A stretch of DNA of 64,000 bases from assembly GCA_004431415.1 (NCBI GenBank), contig QPMI01000219.1, forward strand, positions 1 to 64,000, given 5' to 3'. Source of the DNA: Cyanophora paradoxa CCMP329. Taxonomy: Eukaryota > Plantae > Glaucophyta. Below the pieces are notes generated by a model. That model worked only from the letters and a program-made list of their open reading frames with translations. It had not been told where the DNA came from and searched no databases. Positions 60,431-64,000 of the stretch are shown one piece after another; position 1 is the first letter of the stretch; each line of letters begins with the position of its first letter. The position numbers and the translations under genes are program-made.

Positions 60431-60860
60431 TCTGGTCGAAACGCGCCTAAGCCTGGTATGGTGCAAGTTCACCCTGTTGGTCGGCTACGCCCATGGCGGT
60501 CTACTGATTCTACAGTTGACTCTGATACATGAGCCCTCTACGCTCTCGTCTCGTTCCTAGTTGGCCAGCGAGGACGTCTGGTCGAAACGCGCCTAAGCCT
60601 GGTATGGTGCAAGTTCACCCTGTTGGTCGGCTACGCCCATGGCGGTCTACTGATTCTACAGTTGACTCTGATACATGAGCCCTCTACGCTCTCGTCTCGT
60701 TCCTAGTTGGCCAGCGAGGACGTCTGGTCGAAACGCGCCTAAGTCTGGTATGGTGCAAGTTCACCCTGTTAGTCGGCTACGCCCATGGCGATCTCCTGCT
60801 TCGATACATGAGCCCTCTACGCTCTCGTCTCGTTCCTACTTGGCCAGCGAGGACGTGGCC
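60431..60860 (+). repeat. 146-bp tandem repeat (3 units) derived from the Gypsy B integrase C-terminus / 3' UTR
   Basis: TCTGGTCGAAACGCG at 60431, 60577 and 60723; two units at 55515 and 55661. Confidence 0.9.
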
Positions 60861-60879
60861 TCCTCTACTACCGAGCGGA

Positions 60880-61032
60880 TGATGTGGAGTGTAGCTGGTT
60901 CGGGTTCTGTGTTGTAGTTTGCCCCCTACATTGCCCCTCTTTCTCTTTCGGCATAACAAATTTGAATCCCTTTTCTGTTCCCCTGTACCCCAGTCTTGGT
61001 GTGTCCAATAATAAAGCGTCCACAAAGCTTAT
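60880..61032 (+). repeat. Diverged Gypsy B 3' LTR, end clipped
   Basis: Homologous to 15141-15295; overlaps the GT stop codon. Confidence 0.88.
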
Positions 61033-62742
61033 GGAGACCAAGTTGGAGCAAAATGGAAAAATCCGCCAAGGCCGGTTGATACCTTCCCATGATGTTGCAC
61101 AAGAGATTGTGTGGCAGCAAACAATGGAATCTGCAGCACATTGATGACTTCATATTGAAAACCAACAGCACATAAGTACCTGATTCTGATAACAAAACAG
61201 GCGAAGAAGATGGTCATATGCAATTTCTGAGCTGCAAGAAGGTTAGTTCTTGAGGTAACATTATCAACTTCCACACACCTGCTCTTTTGGGTTGCTCTCG
61301 ACTCGAAAAATTCGGAGAAGTTCTGAGCAACTGCAGAACCAAAATACACCGCTTGTGTTCCATAAAATCTGCAGAGATTTGATGGTGCTAAATTTGCGTT
61401 TACAAAAATATGCTACGTGTTCGAAAAATCGTAATCTGGAAATGCATGAGGTTCTGAAGATCATTATGTGCAGCGAATCTGCATTGGAAAATACTCACAG
61501 TTTACATGACCTCGCCCAACAGGTTTCCAAGAGACGTGCCTGGGTTCATCAGTGATAAAAGTCGAAGAAAAAGCATAGGGATGGTAAACAGCCTGTTGAA
61601 GTTTGAAATTGAAGAACGGCATCTACAATGAACAAGCTCACCAACACAAAGCGCCCGTGAAGCTGGTGCACCTCTTCTATTTCAAACAAAATGGAATTTA
61701 ATGTTTCCAGCCAAGATGTCTGGAAAATAATATCATCTTCAAGAACAAGAATTCCTTGAGATCTCTGCCTTGGCACTTGAAGACACTGAGCATATGTATA
61801 TATAGATCGACGAATTATATCAGAAGAAAAGCTATTGTTGACCAATAGAATAGAGAGCTTCCGATTATTGATGTAGGGATCCAAGTTATTGCACGATGTT
61901 GTTCCAACCACTGCAAAGATTTCATAGTTGTGCGAGGATGCATCAGCCATGAACATGCTTGCAAGTGTTGTATGAATGTATTCTTGTTTTCGAGGATATG
62001 TCCTGGCGTACGGTTGACGCTTTCCACCGGAATATTTATGAAGCATTGATACTCACATGATGCTGATCACAAATCTAGATGCATTAGAAGAAATCGATCG
62101 ATAAGGAGTTCCTTCTTCCACACAATTTCTAAACTGATCTAGCCGAATTGAAATGGGGTTCCACTCTGGAATGAAATGACGCAAAGTTACATTTCTAAGT
62201 TTCTGTTTTCTTCTGGTCAAGACCCCTGTGTACAAAACTCTGAGAACCTTTCCTATACCTGTGCCGCGTGAGCAAGAGGACCAGCGCTGTGTATAAAAAA
62301 TCCCTGATCAAGGCTTACCGGGAGAAGGATCACCGAAAATGGAAGTCAGCGTTGTGAAATCAAACTTGGAGCTCCCATTCAAGAGATTGACGAGGGCGTC
62401 GGTTACATCTACTCTGTTCATGGAAAACATGTCTTCGAGGTGAAATCTGCGACGTGTGAGAGCATCTGCGTCTTGTACACCATACACATGCACTTACGGA
62501 TGCCCGTAAACTGCACTAACAATTTGTGCGGGGGGGTGGACATTATCGCAAAACGAGAAGAGCAGTCCCGAAGAAGGCACTTCTCGCGTTGAAATATCGT
62601 TTGATGTCATTCCCGATGCGGGAGAACGAAAAGCTTTCTCACTTGACTGCGACAACACCCAGTACAGCTGGGGAAGAAGAAAAATAGCCAAGCACAAATG
62701 CACTTGTCTCTTTTGTGGTTTCATTCGAAGTATTGCACACAT
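61029..62742 (-). CDS. Spliced GT-A fold glycosyltransferase (GT54/MGAT4-like motifs) with a lectin/DUF3395-like domain; 9 exons, 430 aa
   Basis: GT-AG introns 62497-62447, 62318-62259, 62056-62003, 61641-61593, 61498-61436, 61416-61369, 61278-61232, 61179-61131. The spliced CDS is 1293 nt and open, and restores FGDPSPGIGKVLRVLY, ISIMTYPRKQEYIHTTLASM, LVLEDD, FYGTQAVYF, SLVQHHGKVSTG. Confidence 0.82.
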
Positions 62743-62990
62743 CGTCAGCGGAGCTGGTTCATTTGGGAGAAGCACGAAGTCCGCCAGAACCTGTCAGAGT
62801 GTTTTCAAGAATGTTTTGTGTGGGTGGGAACCCCCATGAAATTTTAAAAGAAACCCAATGTTTCAGGGGGACGCATAACCCAGTGGTTAACGCCACTCCT
62901 TGGCAAGCCCCCGGGCCCTGTCCTTGCTGGCCGCACATGCAGTTGTGCATAGCCGCCGCTAGGCTGTGCACAGGAGCGGCAGGCAGAGAA

Positions 62991-63017
62991 TTTCAGTTTC
63001 AGTTTCAGTTTCAGTTT
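62991..63017 (+). repeat. (TTTCAG)4 microsatellite
   Basis: Seen directly. Confidence 0.9.
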
Positions 63018-63655
63018 GTACCGCCTAGTTGAGTTCGCCATCGGCCAGTCAGATGTATCCGTAGTCAGAATCGGCTGGCAGATAATTTCAGTACAGTCTG
63101 TACTGTACAGGCAGAGAATCGGCATCAGTTTCAGTGTGTACAGTCTAGACGAGCTCACCAGCGGCCAGTAAGATGTATCCATGGTCAGAATCGTAGATAG
63201 ATATGTAGATAGACCCCCAAAGAATCAGATACCACGCTTTATATATTTCTAGCCAGAACGCGTACGCCAGAGCTAGCCTGGCAAATCTTGTTGGCGAAAG
63301 CTAGTTCTGCTAGATGGGCGAGAACTGGGCTAGCCATGGCTCTCTAGTAGCTGGGTGGAGAACTGGGCGGGGAATGTAATTATAATAGATATTGATACGT
63401 TCTTATATATACGTATACTGATGTGCTAGTTCAGTACCCGTGTGCGGCTCCGATCGTCACTTCAATAATTTTGGCTCCAAAGAGGTGCATTCTGGTGCAG
63501 TTTGGACATGGTGCCGTGAACTGCCGCATACCAACGGTACGGCAGTGTACCGACGTGTATCTACCTAAGGCTAGCGCCTTGTGACTGCCATGGCCCAACG
63601 TCTGGCTTTGCATGTACGAGTGCGATAATTCTGCATGCAACAGCTGATAGGAATT

Positions 63656-63976
63656 TTATGGAAACAAGATGCTGTCACCTGTTATATCCCAAGCTGGAGC
63701 ACTGTGGAAGTGTGCTGCAACACCAGTTGATTTCACTCCAACATGTTGGACCAGCGACCAGGATGATGCAAACAGAGGTATGTCATGCGTTTCACAATAT
63801 TTAGTGATTGCCATATCATATCTGCGGAAAGGATCAGCAATCTCCTACCAGAAACTGAACAAAAACAAACCCATCCTGCCCAGAGTAATCAAAGCTTTGA
63901 ATTGCAAATTTAATATCTGGAACAACTGCATTGGGAAAATACGTTGCCTGTGTTCCATAGAACCAAATACCAGGGC
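63656..63976 (-). CDS. Last two exons of a diverged paralog of the spliced glycosyltransferase (gene continues beyond the window)
   Basis: WFYGTQATYF...[intron]...YD...IPLFASSWSLVQHVGVKSTG...FHSAPAW...*. Confidence 0.8.
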
Positions 63977-64000
63977 CTGAGTAATTCACATACAGATTAC

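Noticed and set aside
61549-62775. Stop-codon reassignment or pseudogene (four ORFs in one frame separated by stops)
   Set aside because: Each stop lies inside a GT-AG intron or in the wrong frame after one; splicing restores conserved motifs.
63559-63583. Isolated 25-bp satellite match between the GT genes
   Set aside because: Real similarity, but too short to interpret.

Overview
Eukaryotic heterochromatin-like window (centromeric, pericentromeric or subtelomeric; organism not identifiable, but a host gene has ~50-nt GT-AG introns). About 30% is a 124-bp tandem satellite in about ten blocks, on both strands, with block-specific subfamilies and higher-order repeats. Between the blocks are two related Ty3/Gypsy families (A, 202-bp LTR; B, 155-bp LTR; both with 4-bp TSDs, a -1 gag-pol frameshift signal and a degenerate dUTPase-like domain) and fragments of a third family. 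There is also an L1/Tx1-like LINE, remains of a Polinton/adintovirus-like element (protein-primed PolB, integrase, tail-fibre-like and HNH-like genes), and two duplicated glycosyltransferase genes. One is a continuous GT92 ORF. The other is a 9-exon GT-A gene with a lectin-like domain that the ORF track misses; a paralog runs off the right edge. Main observation: the locus is scrambled by near base-perfect reciprocal rearrangements. One Gypsy-A element rebuilds from four pieces spread over 44 kb in both orientations, the LINE from three pieces, and a Gypsy-B copy has a lossless internal inversion. In addition, both Gypsy families inserted within 2 bp of the same satellite position. All protein family calls are motif recognition by eye; no database search was run.
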